A stretch of 64,000 bases of DNA from Octopus vulgaris (GCA_951406725.2 OX597820.1:14694001-14758000), one strand, 5' to 3'. Shown: positions 1 to 12,558, counted from the first letter of the stretch. Made by a program: numbers and translations. Notes: generated from the sequence alone by a model not told the origin.

Positions 1-329
1 ATTAGGTTTTTAAAATTCTAATGTTTCTTTGTTTAATCTTTTATAAAATGTCTGGCCGAAAATATTCCACTTTCTATATTTCTATAGCTGAATTATTAAA
101 AATATATAAAATCTTTGATACAAATTCAAAATAACAAAAAGAATAAAAAGAAAAGACAAGTTTTTTTTTTCTTCAATTTCATTTTTCCACCTTTGTGGAC
201 AAATTAGATTATGGATGAAGTGTTATTGTATTTGATGGCTTAAAAAACAAACGGACATACAAGATGCACCCTAATTTCAGCAGAGCATGTACGTGCAAGG
301 CGAAAAAGTTTTTAGTGCAGTATAGCTTA

Positions 330-830
330 TGGGTGGCCAGACTTCAGATATAGAAACCAAGGAGATTTCTTTTGATTTCCTGTAGTGAAAAAACTGTGTC
401 TTGTATGCCATCAGGCATGGTAATTTCTTTGAAAAGAATGTTATAAACAGTATCTGAATTTCTGATTACATCAGCTAGTGTTAATGAATTGTGGGTATAG
501 TCGTACTTGTTGAATAACCTTAGTGATCTCTGCTTGAAGACATTCATGACATACAAGTGGCATCATGAATGAATCAATTTCCAGCCATAGAAGTCTGTTC
601 AAGGAATATAAGATCTGAAATATTGTGGCCTTATTGAGAGGCCATGTCATGTTTTGCTGAGTAAAGATAATTTGCCTGTCTTTGTGTAAACAAGCTGAAA
701 TACCAAATAGGATATTTCCTTCAATAGCTTGATGACCTTTTGGTATTATTATTAAATCCACAAAGGTCTAATCATTATCTTCTTTGTTATATTGGATGGC
801 GTTATGAAGTGGATGTCAAAGTCAGTGAAA
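330..830 (-). pseudogene. Possible Penelope-like element RT C-terminal relic
   Basis: The minus frame reads HPLHNAIQYNKEDND*TFVDLII...CHECLQAEITKVIQQVRLYPQFIN. This loosely matches the PLE RT pattern H..IQF..E.....FLD.....L..E...I...L..NGYP..FI. Stops and frameshifts are present. Confidence 0.3.
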
Positions 831-870
831 CCTAGACAAAATCTCCTCCTCCTAGCCTGAACCCTAACCC

Positions 871-901
<31 letters not shown>

Positions 902-1225
902 TTAACATCCCTTTTTCATGTTGCCATGGATTGGATGATTCAACAGGAGCTGTCGAGCGAAAGGGCTGCACCAAACTCCCCACTGCTGAAGATGTTGACT
1001 TCACTGTTTGACATGGTCTCTATAACTGAATGCCCTAATGCCAACCACTTTGCAGAGTGTACTGGGTGCTTTTCATGTGGCACCAGCACTAGTGAGGTCA
1101 CCAGGTAACTTGCAAAGCAAGACCCTCTCAGCTGAGGAGGCTGTCATACTGAGGGAGGTGGCTTTATGCCAGGTGATGAGAAGCTAAAAGTATGAGGTAG
1201 AGGAACAGGTGTCTTGTCTTGTTGT
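871..1225 (-). mobile_element. Family R: RTE-type LINE 3' end or derivative with (GAT)n tail
   Basis: (CAT)n followed by tttaacatcc...catgttgccatgg and tgccctaatgccaaccac, blocks shared with many copies in the window. Confidence 0.75.
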
Positions 1226-1227
1226 AT

Positions 1228-1408
1228 GGTTGTGAGCTGACAGAATCATTAGCATGCCATGTGAAATGCTTAGTGACAGTTTGTCCATCTTTACTTTCTG
1301 AGTTCAAATTCTGCCAGGGTCGACTTTGCTTTTCATCCTTTCATGGTCAATAAGTTAAGTACCAGGGTCAATGTAATCAAGTACCAGGGTCAATTTGAAA
1401 CCAATATT
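1228..1408 (+). mobile_element. Family M tRNA-derived SINE (Meta/MESC-like central domain)
   Basis: gagctgacagaatcattagc head, B-box-like gagttcaaattc, and the gtcgactttgcttttcatcctt...aagtaccag block. Confidence 0.8.
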
Positions 1409-2514
1409 TGGTTTTGGTGTTTTGTTTTGAATTCAGATTTCGTCTCTGACATGGTCCTTAAACTGGGCGCTGTATTATTTTAGTTAAGGGTTCATTTAGA
1501 AAGGATTATAATAGCCTAACGGATTATTGGATTGCTAACTCAATGTGTGTGACTACATAATCCCATGAAGTCACTTTCTTCCACAGAGTTCAATTTACTT
1601 AGAAATTTATTCCTATCCTAAGTGAATGGTCGGCATGTGCACGAAATCTAGGACTACTTTATATAACATGTCCTACCTTTATTTCAAGATGGTCTAGTGT
1701 GTTTATAGGAATATCTGGCTGGTATTTCTAGCAGGTTGAGTGAGCACATAGCGATTCTCTTGTCAGCTTTATGTGGTGAAGTACATACATGGGAGAATTC
1801 TTTGTTTTAAGAAAATGGTAAAAAAATAATGGTGTGCCTGTGTTTGTCCCTCACCACTGTTTGGTGGTGGTTTGTTTACATCCTCATTATGTCTATCTAT
1901 ATGTGTGTATGTATGTATGTATGATGGTATAATTTTTACTTTTGCTATCAATGAATTAAATAAAAGCTGGCCTGACCAAATCACTTTTGAAATATCCTCA
2001 CTGACCTTCACTGAACAGTTGGTATTTGACCCCTTTTATAACCCATAGATTTTTAGGTAATGGTTTTGGTGTTGGGAGCTGGTTTGTTGCTCCTTGTGAT
2101 GATTCTAAACAGAGTCTGAACAAAGCCAGAACAGAGAGACAAAATGTCTGCTTGAAAAGACAGATTTCTGCAATAAATTTTCCCCAGTCTGATAAGAGCT
2201 TCCCTGTTATCAGAGCAGTAGAGAGTAGTACCCAGTAGTTGTAAATGTGTAGGGGTGAGAGCCAAGGGCAGCAGCTGGGTGGAGGTGCAGACAGAGAAAG
2301 GGGAGGGAGGTGGAGGAGAAGGAATCCATGGAAAGAGATATGCTGTTTGGATGGAGGTGAAAGAGTTAGCTGGTGAGGGCAGTAGTAAATGTCTGGAGTG
2401 AGGTCAGCTGGATAGGGGGCAGGGGGGAGCTGTTTTTGATCCAAGAACAAAGTGTGATCAAAAACAGTTTATAGAGAGCACTGTGATGTTTTATGTGAAG
2501 TCTGTCATTTTATC

Positions 2515-2743
2515 TTTATTATTTGTTTGGCCATGCTGGGGCACACTGCCTTGGTGGCTTTTAGTCAGACAGATCAAACCATGTGTGTGTGTGTGTGTGT
2601 GTGTGATGTGAAGATGCAGAAATGACAACTCTAATCCCCCCACCCCTCTCTCTCTCTCTTCTACTTACTCTATGGTCTCTTTGCTGAACCACTAAATTAC
2701 TGGAACATAAACAAACCAGCACTTGTTAAGCAGTGGTGAGAAA

Positions 2744-2778
<35 letters not shown>

Positions 2779-2900
2779 GACAGGCTTCGAAACAGTTTCC
2801 TTCTACCAAATTCACTCTTCAGGGCTATATAGTAGAAGATACTTAATTAGATTGAGCCCCTAACCATTGGCTACAAAGTGAGCTTCTCAACGACATAACC
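2515..2900 (-). mobile_element. Family O tRNA-derived SINE (degraded)
   Basis: Reverse complement of the 27880/50132 copies, with an internal (CA)n. Confidence 0.7.
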
Positions 2901-3394
2901 AATCATTTGTTTTGTCTTATACCCCACTTTGATTTCTGAAATTTTTTTTTTTTTTAAATGAAAAAAGAACCAAAAAAGTGCACCTTTCCATGAACAAAGT
3001 ATTTAGCTTATATTCAAAAAAAGTTTTAATTAAATTTTCTCTTGTTACACACTGTGTACTTTTAGTTTTATTTTCTTTCAGAGCAGCTTTATAGTTGTTG
3101 GTTGTTTATATTTCAGTCAAAAAATTGCATACAGGATGTAAAACTTGTATTTCTGGCTGTGATGTTTTACGTGAACATCATTGGCCGCTAGGGTGGTGCG
3201 CTACTGCTATGATTTTGTTGTCATCCACTCACTGCAAATAGCTGATAGGTGAATGGAAGTTTGTAAACACAAACATTCCTCTTTATAGGAGAATTTTTCA
3301 TTTAGATAATTAAAAAAGATGTTTCTTAACCATTTTGTTACTATTCTTCTGTTGGCACATACTGTCTTTGTTTCAATGTATTTTGAAAGAAATG

Positions 3395-3740
3395 TGCTGG
3401 TGTCAGGTAAAAAACACCTATACTGTTACCACCTAAAAAGTGCCTGCATTGGTGTCACGTAAAAAGTGCCTGTGCTTGTGCCGCATAAAAAGTACCTGCA
3501 TTCGGGTGCTACATATAAAGCGCCTGTGCAGGTGCCACGTAAAATGCACTCATGCAGGTGTCATGTGAAAAGCTCCCAGTACACTCTGTTAAGTGGTTGG
3601 TGATAGGGAGAGCATCCAGCTATAGAAACCATGCCATATCAGACAAATGGTGATAGTGCAATTCTCTGGCTTGCCAGCTCCTGACAAACCATCCAACCCA
3701 TGCCAGCATGGAAAACAGATGTTAAATGATGATGATGATG
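3395..3740 (+). mobile_element. Family R element with ~28-bp internal tandem repeat
   Basis: Repeated gtgccacgtaaaaagtgcct-like units, then gcatccagctatagaaacc...ccaacccatgccagcatggaaaacagatgttaaa(tga)n. Confidence 0.8.
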
Positions 3741-4671
3741 GAATTTGTGCTCATCTGACTCTCTAGCCTACAACACTCAGTCTCCCATCTGTAATACGAC
3801 CACATTAGATGTAGGGCAGTTTTTTGAAATGTTGAAAGATGGGTAAAAGTGTCTTATTTTGACAGCAAATATGGTATTGTTTATCTGATTTGTATCATTG
3901 GTCAAAACCTTCACAATTAGTCCGTATGTCCTAAAATAATAATGGTGTTTTTTTTTTTGATCATTTCATTAGGCTTTTGGTCCAGGTTTACATTTAATGT
4001 AGAGATGAAATGCTGCGATGCTCTTTTCATTTTACTTTAAAACTGAGTTGTAGATCTAATAGTACTCACAGAATCCTAACCTTTACTGTCTATAGCCTAA
4101 CAACAATGTTAGACTTACAATGGTGACGATGATGATGATGATGATAATAACCATGGCAGTAATTGTTTTAATGAAGCACAAGGAATTCTCCCCCCCCCTC
4201 TCTCTCTCTCCTGCTTTTGTAAACAGGAAGGGGTTATAGTTGATTGATAGCTTCAATAAGACTGCTACCAGCATCATCTTGGTTGTAAAAATGAGAGAGG
4301 TGGTGATGGTGGTTGTGGTGGTGGTGGGGCTGTGATGGTGATAGTGGCAGTATATTTAATTTTATTTTATATTTTAATTGCATGTACTTTTTTTTTCCCT
4401 CTCATTGTCAGTTGTTGGTCTCCTTTTAACTGTTCAACCTTATTGCAGAAGAGTACACTCACTATCACTCAGATTTCACCCCCAACTCCTTCACACTATT
4501 GGTGTGTGTGTGTGTGTGTGTGAGCGTGCATGCTTGTACATATATGTCTGTATGTGTATGTATTTATGTACGTACATATGTATGTATGTATGAATGAATG
4601 TGGCAATTGGAGAGCCATTGGGATTTCTTGTTATTTGCTTTCTTGGTGTCTTTTTCAGAAATGACAAATCT

Positions 4672-4702
<31 letters not shown>

Positions 4703-4740
4703 CTTCTCTCCACCCTGTCCCCTATTTCACCAACTGTCAG

Positions 4741-4770
4741 CTTGGTGACATATAGGCAAAGGGATGCTGA
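4741..4770 (+). CDS. Candidate 30-nt microexon (phase 2-2, xLVTYRQRDA[D/E]), host gene unknown
   Basis: 80-nt AG-free stretch containing CTAAT and a long (CT)n tract, then cag|30 nt|gtaagt. Only phase 2 is free of stops. Confidence 0.5.
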
Positions 4771-5430
4771 GTAAGTTGAATATGACATGATTCCCTCTTT
4801 CCACCCTTTCTTTCTCCTCTTTCTTCATTCACTAATTTTATTTAATTAAGTTAATTTCAATGTTTGTGAGTACATGTGTGTGTGTGTGTGTGTGAATTAC
4901 AACCTCATTTTTCTCCTCTCCATGATTTCTGGAAAGAAGGTTTCCTCCAGCCATTTATGGTAGTAAACCTGTGTGTGTGTGTGACTGTTCTTGCCCTCAA
5001 TCAATCTGCAAATAAGTTGCTGTATTTTTGCTGAGTATTTACCATTTGCAAAAACCATGACACTTTACACACATCTGTGTGCCATGCACCTATACATGTA
5101 CCTGTGTAACACACACTCACACTTCCTTGCTTTGGCTGTCCATCAGATTCATAAAGACAATGACGAGAGATTGTTTAGAGTTTACTCTCTGGGCCTCTCT
5201 GCATGTTATTCAGGAACATGTTAATTCTGCAAGAGCTCTCAACGAACCAGTCTTGGGCATATTTTTCCGTATGAATATCCAAGGGTGTCAGCTGCATCGT
5301 AATAGTTATCATCATCACCATCTTCCTCCTCATCATCTTCATCATCATCATCATGTGTTCCGCTTTCCATGTTGGCAAGGGTTGAATGGTTTCAAAGCAA
5401 CTGGGGGGAGCCAGAGGAGTGTTCCAAGCT

Positions 5431-6133
5431 TTAAACCCTTCTGTTACCGTATTTATTTTGAGATGCTCTGTGTTTGTTTCTATTAATTTTAAATATAGCA
5501 AAAAATTTAGTAAAACAATTTCGTTATCATTAAGCTAGTGTTAGGAACATAAATTGTGACTAATGTTTTGTGGAAGATTTTAATTCAAAACTTATGAAAA
5601 CAAGACATTTGTACTACAGAGCCAGAGGCAGTTTCAGCTGGGTTGGGTCAAAAGGGTTAAGAATTGTTTCTCTTTTGTATATATTTTAACCCCTTTGTTA
5701 CCATAGTTCTGTTGAGATGCTCTGTGTTTCTTTCAAGTAATTTTAAATATAACAAAGAATTTTGTAAAATAACTTAGTTATCATTCAGCTAGTGTTAGGA
5801 ACATAAATTGTGACTAAGGTTTAGTGGAAGATTAAGACATTTGTATACAGAGCCAGAAGCAGTTTCAACTGGGTTGGTATCGAAAGAGCTAAGAATTGTT
5901 TCTTTTTTAATATATATTTTAACCCCTTTGTTATCATATTTCTGTTGAGATGCTCTGTGTTTCTTTCAGTTATTTAAAATATAACAAAGAATTAGTTATC
6001 ATTAAGCTGGTGTTAGGAACATAAATTGTGATTAATGTTTGGTAGAAGATTTTTGTTCAGACCTTTTGAAAACAAAACATGTGTACTACAGAGCCAGAAG
6101 CAGTTTCAGCCAGGTTGATATCAAAAGGGTTAA
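5431..6133. mobile_element. Head-to-tail trimer of TTAA-flanked piggyBac-type MITE (family A), inserted in a family R copy
   Basis: Three ~205-230-bp units with TTAA-CCCTTT.GTTACC...AAAGGG-TTAA ends and ~25-bp spacers. Family R sequence before 5431 resumes at 6134. Confidence 0.85.
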
Positions 6134-7312
6134 ATATCTGCTTTGGCACAGTTTCATATGGCTGGATGCCCTTTCTAACACCAGCCACTTTAGAGTGTGC
6201 CAGGTGCTTTTAATGTGACACCAGCACCAGTGAGGTCACCAACTTATGCAAAGCAAAGACCCTGTCAACTGAGGCAGGATATGTAGTATTGGGGGAAATT
6301 TCTTTATGCCAAGTAATGAGATTAAAGTATGAGAATGATAGAGATTAAAGATAGAGAAAGGTCCCTTGCTATAGGGAAAATACATGGTTACCCCTGTTGG
6401 GAAAAAAAGATGGTGGTGCAGTTGTGTTAGGGCACACCTGTAAGTTACAAGGGTGTGAATATAAGAGAAGTGGCCATGGATGGGTTGGTAAGTTCATTGA
6501 AATGTAATTCCTGCCAGCTTTTGAGGTGATGAATGTTTCTGAAACTTTCGGTTTGATAATTAAAGAGGGATGGAAATCCTTAAAAATATCAGAATTGTTG
6601 AGCTGACAGCAGTCGTGCTTCTTGATATGTAGTGTTTATTGAGTGAGGCATTTGCAGTTTGAGTTCTCCTTATTACATGGGTGAACTGGAAGGACTTCTT
6701 TGAGTTACATCTTCCTGACTTTGATCTAGTCAGTTTGATGTCAGGGCTTAAATCTGGGATGCATCCATGAGCAGAAATGATATTATTGGACACAGCTACC
6801 TGAACATTGGCAGTCTGGAATGGCAAACAATTCACTGGCTACAAAAGCCCAACCTAAGTGAACACTTGATTTGGGCTGGCTTATCAAGTTAGTAGAATCA
6901 AGCAGTGTCCCCATGACAAAAGTCTGAATGACAAAGATTCCATGTGTACACTCACACACACACGCATGCACATGTAGGTATCTTTAGTCAATGAATAATG
7001 GTATCTTCAGATCAAAGACGGTACTCTACTTTTCAGGACAGAGTTTGTAATGTTAGCTTGATGTGTATGTATGTGTGTGTGTGTGTGTGTACATGTGTAT
7101 ACATATATGTCTATGTAACAATTTCTGTATGGAAGACACATATTAACCATTCAAAAACACAAACACACAGTGACTTAACTTTGCTTAAAATTTCTAATTA
7201 TTTAGTGTTAAAATTTTCGTTGCATCCATTATGACCTGGTCACTGACACGGTTCCACTGCTGCAACAGACAGACTTCTTGAGGCAGACTTTGGAATAGAG
7301 AGAGAGAGAGCA

Positions 7313-7355
7313 TGTCACTGATGAGGTTGCCAATGCTGATGAAAAGTCTTTGACA
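7313..7355 (+). ncRNA. Degenerate type I hammerhead-like motif (Penelope-type)
   Basis: tgtca-CTGATGA-ggttgccaatgctgat-GAAAAGTC-tt-tgaca. The core is present but stem II pairs poorly. Confidence 0.3.
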
Positions 7356-7494
7356 AACCATGGCTGATTGATCGATTGACTGAACGATTAATCAAACAAT
7401 CAATTAATTGATTAAATGGTTTTAACCAATTGACTAATTTTAATTAAAAAGTGAAATTGAAGCAGTGGAAGATGACTCTCCCGAGATACAGACC

Positions 7495-7805
7495 ATCATC
7501 ATAACCACAAGTCTGTTCGCCATGCTAGCATGGGTTAGAAGGTTTGACAGGAGCTGACCAGTTGAAAAGCTGCCCAGGGTTCCATGTTTGTTTTGGCATG
7601 GTTTCGATGGCTGGACATCCTTCCTGATGCCATCTACTTAACAGAGTGTTTTGGGTGCTTTTATGCAGCCCTGGCTTGGGTGCTTTTTATACGGCACCAC
7701 AAGAAGTCTTGGTCACCTGTCATCCCCTCTATAAGGCCCAATGTCGGAAGATCCTTTTTCACTACTTCATCCCACGTTTTCTTGTTTTTCTGGGTCTAAC
7801 CCTTC
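7495..7805 (-). mobile_element. Family R copy retaining RTE ORF C-terminus
   Basis: The minus strand of 7700-7805 encodes RVRPRK/KTWDEVVKKDLPTLGLIEGMTGDQD (RTE GRPRKTW motif), directly upstream of family R 3' sequence. Confidence 0.75.
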
Positions 7806-8120
7806 AAACAAACGCACAGACGCACACATACACAATGAACTTGCCCATCGTAGACGACATATGAGCATTCAGCTTTTGGCCTAACGATCTCCACAAATGA
7901 TTCATTTTATGGTGGACAAATACTTGTGCCGCACATTAGCTGACTCTCTCCATCAAATCAACATCATTTGTATAGGTGCACTGTGTGCCTGTGTCGGGTG
8001 TCCAAGTGCTCAGAGAGCAACATGAGATGAAGTGACTTGCTCAAGAATACAATGCATCACTCGGTCTAGGAATTGAAATCATGTGTGCAGCTGCCTAACC
8101 ATTAAGCCATCCATCTAGCC

Positions 8121-8426
8121 CCTATGTTGGTGGCACGTAAGAAGCACCATCCAAAGGTGGCCGATGCCAGCGCTGCATTGACTGTCTCCCATGCCGGTGG
8201 CATGTAAAAAGCACCATCCGATTGTGGTCGATGCCAGCCCACTCTGGCTCCTGTGCCAGCGGCATTTTTTTAAAAAAAAGCACCCACTAAACTCTCGGAG
8301 TGGTTGGTGTTAGGAAGGGCAGTAGAAACACTGCCAGATCAGACTGGAGCCTGGTGCAGCCTCCTGGTTTCCCAGATCCCAGTCAAACAGTCCAGCCCAT
8401 GCAAGCATGGAAAACGGACGTTAAAC

Positions 8427-8457
<31 letters not shown>
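8121..8457 (+). mobile_element. Family R element with VNTR and (GAT)n tail
   Basis: tggcacgtaagaagcacc repeats, ttaggaagggc, and catggaaaacggacgttaaacg(atg)n. Confidence 0.85.
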
Positions 8458-9223
8458 TATAATATAATAATAAAAAAAATGACAACAAAAGAATGAGACC
8501 TCTACATCCCTTGATAGCCAATGCTGGTGTGTTTACATCCCCGTAGCTTAGCAGTTTGGCAAAAGACTGATAGAATAAGTACTAGGCTTACAAAGAATTA
8601 GTCCTGGGGTTGATTTGTTCGATTAAAGGCGGTGCTCCAGGATGGCCACAGTCAAATAACTGAAACAAAGCATAAGAATTAAATAATCTCTCTCCCCGCT
8701 TAATCATTTTATCTTGTATATTATTTACCTGTGATTTCTCATCCCTGGCTTATCATCCCTCATGTCTATGCACTTTCTCTCTCTACACCAACCATATTCT
8801 TCAAGGCACACACCTTCTGCTTCTTATTCATCTTCAGGGTAAGCCCCCCCACCCCCACCCCCACCCCAACCACACACACCACATACCCCCCACACTTCCT
8901 TTTGTGATTCTGACCATTCCAATTCTCACTGCCCCCCACCCCCCACCATCCAACTAATTCCATCCTCATTGTCAGGTTACCTTTTATTTCCACTTCCTCT
9001 GTTGTTGTTGTTGTTGTCGTCTTTATTTCCTTCTCTCTTTCCTCTTCCACCTCTTCCCTTCCTTCAAATCCCTAATCTCCTCCTCCCCTTCCTCCTCTTT
9101 AATTCTTTGTTTTTTTTGGTTTTTTTTATGCAGACTCCCCATTCAGTTTCTGTTTCTGCCTCATTCTTTAAATCTGTTACTTTTTCTGTGACTTACATTC
9201 TCTGTATCTCCTCTTCCTTGTGT

Positions 9224-9262
<39 letters not shown>

Positions 9263-10639
9263 GTGAGAGTGTGTGTGTGTGAGAGAGAGTATGTGTGTAT
9301 GTGAGAGAGAGTATGTGTGAGAGAGAGAGAGTGTGTGTGTGTGTGTGACAGAGATTGTGTATATGAGTGTGACAGAGATTGTGTGTGTGAGAGAGGGAGA
9401 GAGAGTGTGTGTGTGTGTGTATGAGGGAGAGAGAGGAGTGGAGAAGCTGGCATCTTCTTTAGGTGATAGATTGTTTATCACCTTCCTGCATGGGAGGCAC
9501 ACTGGCTGCATAGCATGTTGCTGTTGCCCTTCCTCCTCATCTCTCTCTCTCTCTCTCTCTCCCCTCCTTGTCCCCCCCCCCCCCCTGTGCTCTGTACCAT
9601 TATTCTACTCATTACATATCTACACACACACACACACAACACTAGATAGATACACAAAGCACCAGTTACCTACCTAAGATAATGATGAGAGGGCCATCCA
9701 CTTCAAATAGGACATGTTATTTTTTTTATAGAGGTGGTGGGGTGGCCCTTCCCTCTGCTGGTTTAAGGGGGAGAAGGGAACAGGTTATTTATATATGGAC
9801 ACCTGGTTCTTCTTCCCATATTGTAGCAGCAGCTACAGTAGTAGTAGTGGTGGTGGTGGTGGTGGTGTATAACAAAGTTGAATGAGCTAAAGGTTATTAA
9901 AAACCTTCATGTCCTTCAGAAGGGGTTTCTCCTTGTTCCCCTGCCTTGATCCCTTTTAACAATAGCCCACCTTTACCCTCTCCCCCCCCCCCCCGCCCCA
10001 CATCATCTAAAATCATCTAAGCAACTCAATTAATACTCCCCTCCACACCTCATCTCATCATTTACCTGGTCTTCCTTTCACTCCCACTCACCTAACCCCC
10101 CCCCCATGCTTTGCTTCTTCTCTGTTTTATATTGTTTTTTTTTATATATATATCTTGTCACCCCCAACTCTCCTCCACCTCCACCCCCCCCCCCGGTTCT
10201 CTCTGCCTTCCTCTTTTTCTTCAATTTATTGTGGCAGCCCCTAACTACATCAAGCACTTTTAAGTAATGACCCCTTTCTTCTTCCTCTCAGCAATACCAA
10301 GACTACCACTACTGCTGCCATCATTTTCTTACCCACCTGGGGAAGTGAAATACCTCTCTCTCTCTCTCACCTTTCCCTCAACATGGCTTTCACCTTTTCA
10401 CTGGAGGGGCGAGCAAGGGGGTGGGTGTAGTGGCTGTGGTGGTGGTGGTGGTGGTGGGAGTAGGGGTGGGTATATAAACAAGAATGGTTTCCAATTTAAT
10501 GCAATAAATGAAAATTGTATGTTTTGTGTGGGTGGGTGGGTGGGAGGGTGTTGGGGCACGGGTGGGAGTTGGGGCACGGGTGGGAGTGAAGGGGACAAAA
10601 GCAAAGAAAATAATTTCAGTTTCTGCTGACATCCCTTTT

Positions 10640-11265
10640 TGAAAAAGAGATGGTGGTGGTGGTGGGGTGATGATGATGATGGCATTTGTGATGGGGATGG
10701 TGGTGGTGGTGGTGGTGGTATCTGTGATAGGGATGGTGGTGGTGGTGGTGGTGGTATCTGTGATAGGGATGGTGGTGGTGGTGGTGGTAGTGGTGGTGTT
10801 TGATAGGAGGGGGCAAGATGGTATTGATAGCTTGGTTGGTTGGTGGTAGTGGTGTGTGTTTGTTACTGATGGTGGTTAGTGGTGGGGATTGTGGTGTCCA
10901 TGGTAGTAGGGGGTATTTGTGATGGTTGGGTGGTGAAAATATTGATGGTTATGAGGAACGTTTGATGGTATGGATGGATGGCTGGATCTGTCTTATTATG
11001 AGAATGTTAATGGTTGTGTTGGTGGTGGCTGTAAAGGGTTTGGTGGTGGTGTTGATGGTAAGGTTTGATGGCGTTGTTATGATAGTAGTAGCCTTGGTGG
11101 TTGTGATGGGGGTGTATAATGTTGATGATGATTGTGAATGTTAGATGATAGATAGAATTGATAGTGGGAGGTGATGGCCATGATGGAATGTGGGTGGTGG
11201 GTTATGGTGTTGCTGTAGTTAAGGTGGTGGTTGTTGTTTTTGTTGTTAGTGGTGGTGGTGGTCTT
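10640..11265. repeat. (GGT/GAT)n low-complexity tract
   Basis: Degenerate trinucleotide repeats, including a 33-bp unit repeated about three times near 10690-10790. Confidence 0.85.
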
Positions 11266-11569
11266 AAGCATAACTCTCTTTCTGTCTATTTTTCTTTCTT
11301 GATTAATTTACCTATCCTTTATTTACTTTTCCTGTTTCCAGTTGTTTTTGTGTGTGTGTATACCTGCGTGCAAGAAAATGTATTGATGATGATGATGATG
11401 ATATTGTAATTTAAGCTGAAGAAATACTAAAGCATCTTTAGAAACTGGATGAAAATGTAATTGAATAAATACCGTGCATACTGATTAAATAGATAATAAT
11501 GGTCAAAAAATTCTTTTAAGCATTTATTTGGAACTTGAAAGAAAATAGATTTATACTTGAGGTTGATGG

Positions 11570-11905
11570 ATAGAAAGATAAAAATAGACAGACACAAGTA
11601 GACAGAGAGATAGATAGATAGAGAGATAGATAGATAGACAGATAGACAGATAGATAGATAGATAGATAAACAGACAGACAGATAAATAAATTGACAGATA
11701 GATAGACAGACAGATAAATAAATAGACAGATAGATAGATAAATAAATAGACAGATAGATAGATATATAAATAGACAGATAGATAGATAAATAGACAAATA
11801 GATAGATAGACGGACAGATAGATAGATTGACAGACAGCTAGATAGATTGATAGATAGACAGACAAACCGATAGATAAACAGATAGATAGATAGGCAGGCA
11901 GAGAC
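11570..11905. repeat. (GATA/GACA)n microsatellite
   Basis: Directly visible in the sequence. Confidence 0.95.
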
Positions 11906-12019
11906 ATACATACATGTATGTATGCATCCAATGAACCATTCATGTAATGATGTAAATAGATAAATATATGGAGGCAGAGAAAGATATATGCATAGTTAGA
12001 GAATAACGCATATCTATAT

Positions 12020-12558
12020 ATGGTAAGAGTAAGGGTGAAAACATCGCTTCAGTCATGAATGACCATGGGATTGCACTTAGAAAGTTCCTCTTTGAAGGCA
12101 CAAGCTGGGCAAGGTTGTTTAAGGAAGACCAGCAGTTGCCCATGCATACCAACTCCCCTTTCCATACCACTGATGTTATCCAAGGGAAATCAAAGGCCCA
12201 TACAGCTTGGCACCTGTTAGTTAGTTAGTTAATTCTTTGGCTCAAAAAGCAAAAAGCAAGGCCATGTAGGGGGACATGGAGTTATGTACAGGGTGGTGTT
12301 CAGGTAAAGAGTTCAGGCCACTTGTGGTCAAGGGAGACTTTGAACCGAGCGGTCGTCGGCATCTTCACCATCTCGTCTGGCAGCTTATTCCACGGATCCG
12401 CAACCCGGACGGAGAAAGCCCCTCTCCTACAGGTGAGTGAACTGGAGCAATGTGAAATAAAGCGTCTTGCTCAAGAACACAACACACAGTCCGGTCCGGA
12501 AATCGAACTCACTGCCTCGTGATTGTGTGCCTGACACTCTAACCACAGAGCCATGCGT

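Noticed and set aside
855-870. cctgaaccctaaccc telomere-like repeat
   Set aside because: Only about two units.
4741-4770. Assignment of the microexon to the BK/slo channel (cf. fly LATFRK exon)
   Set aside because: Similarity is only about 3 of 6 residues and the intron phase I recall does not match, so no gene symbol is given.
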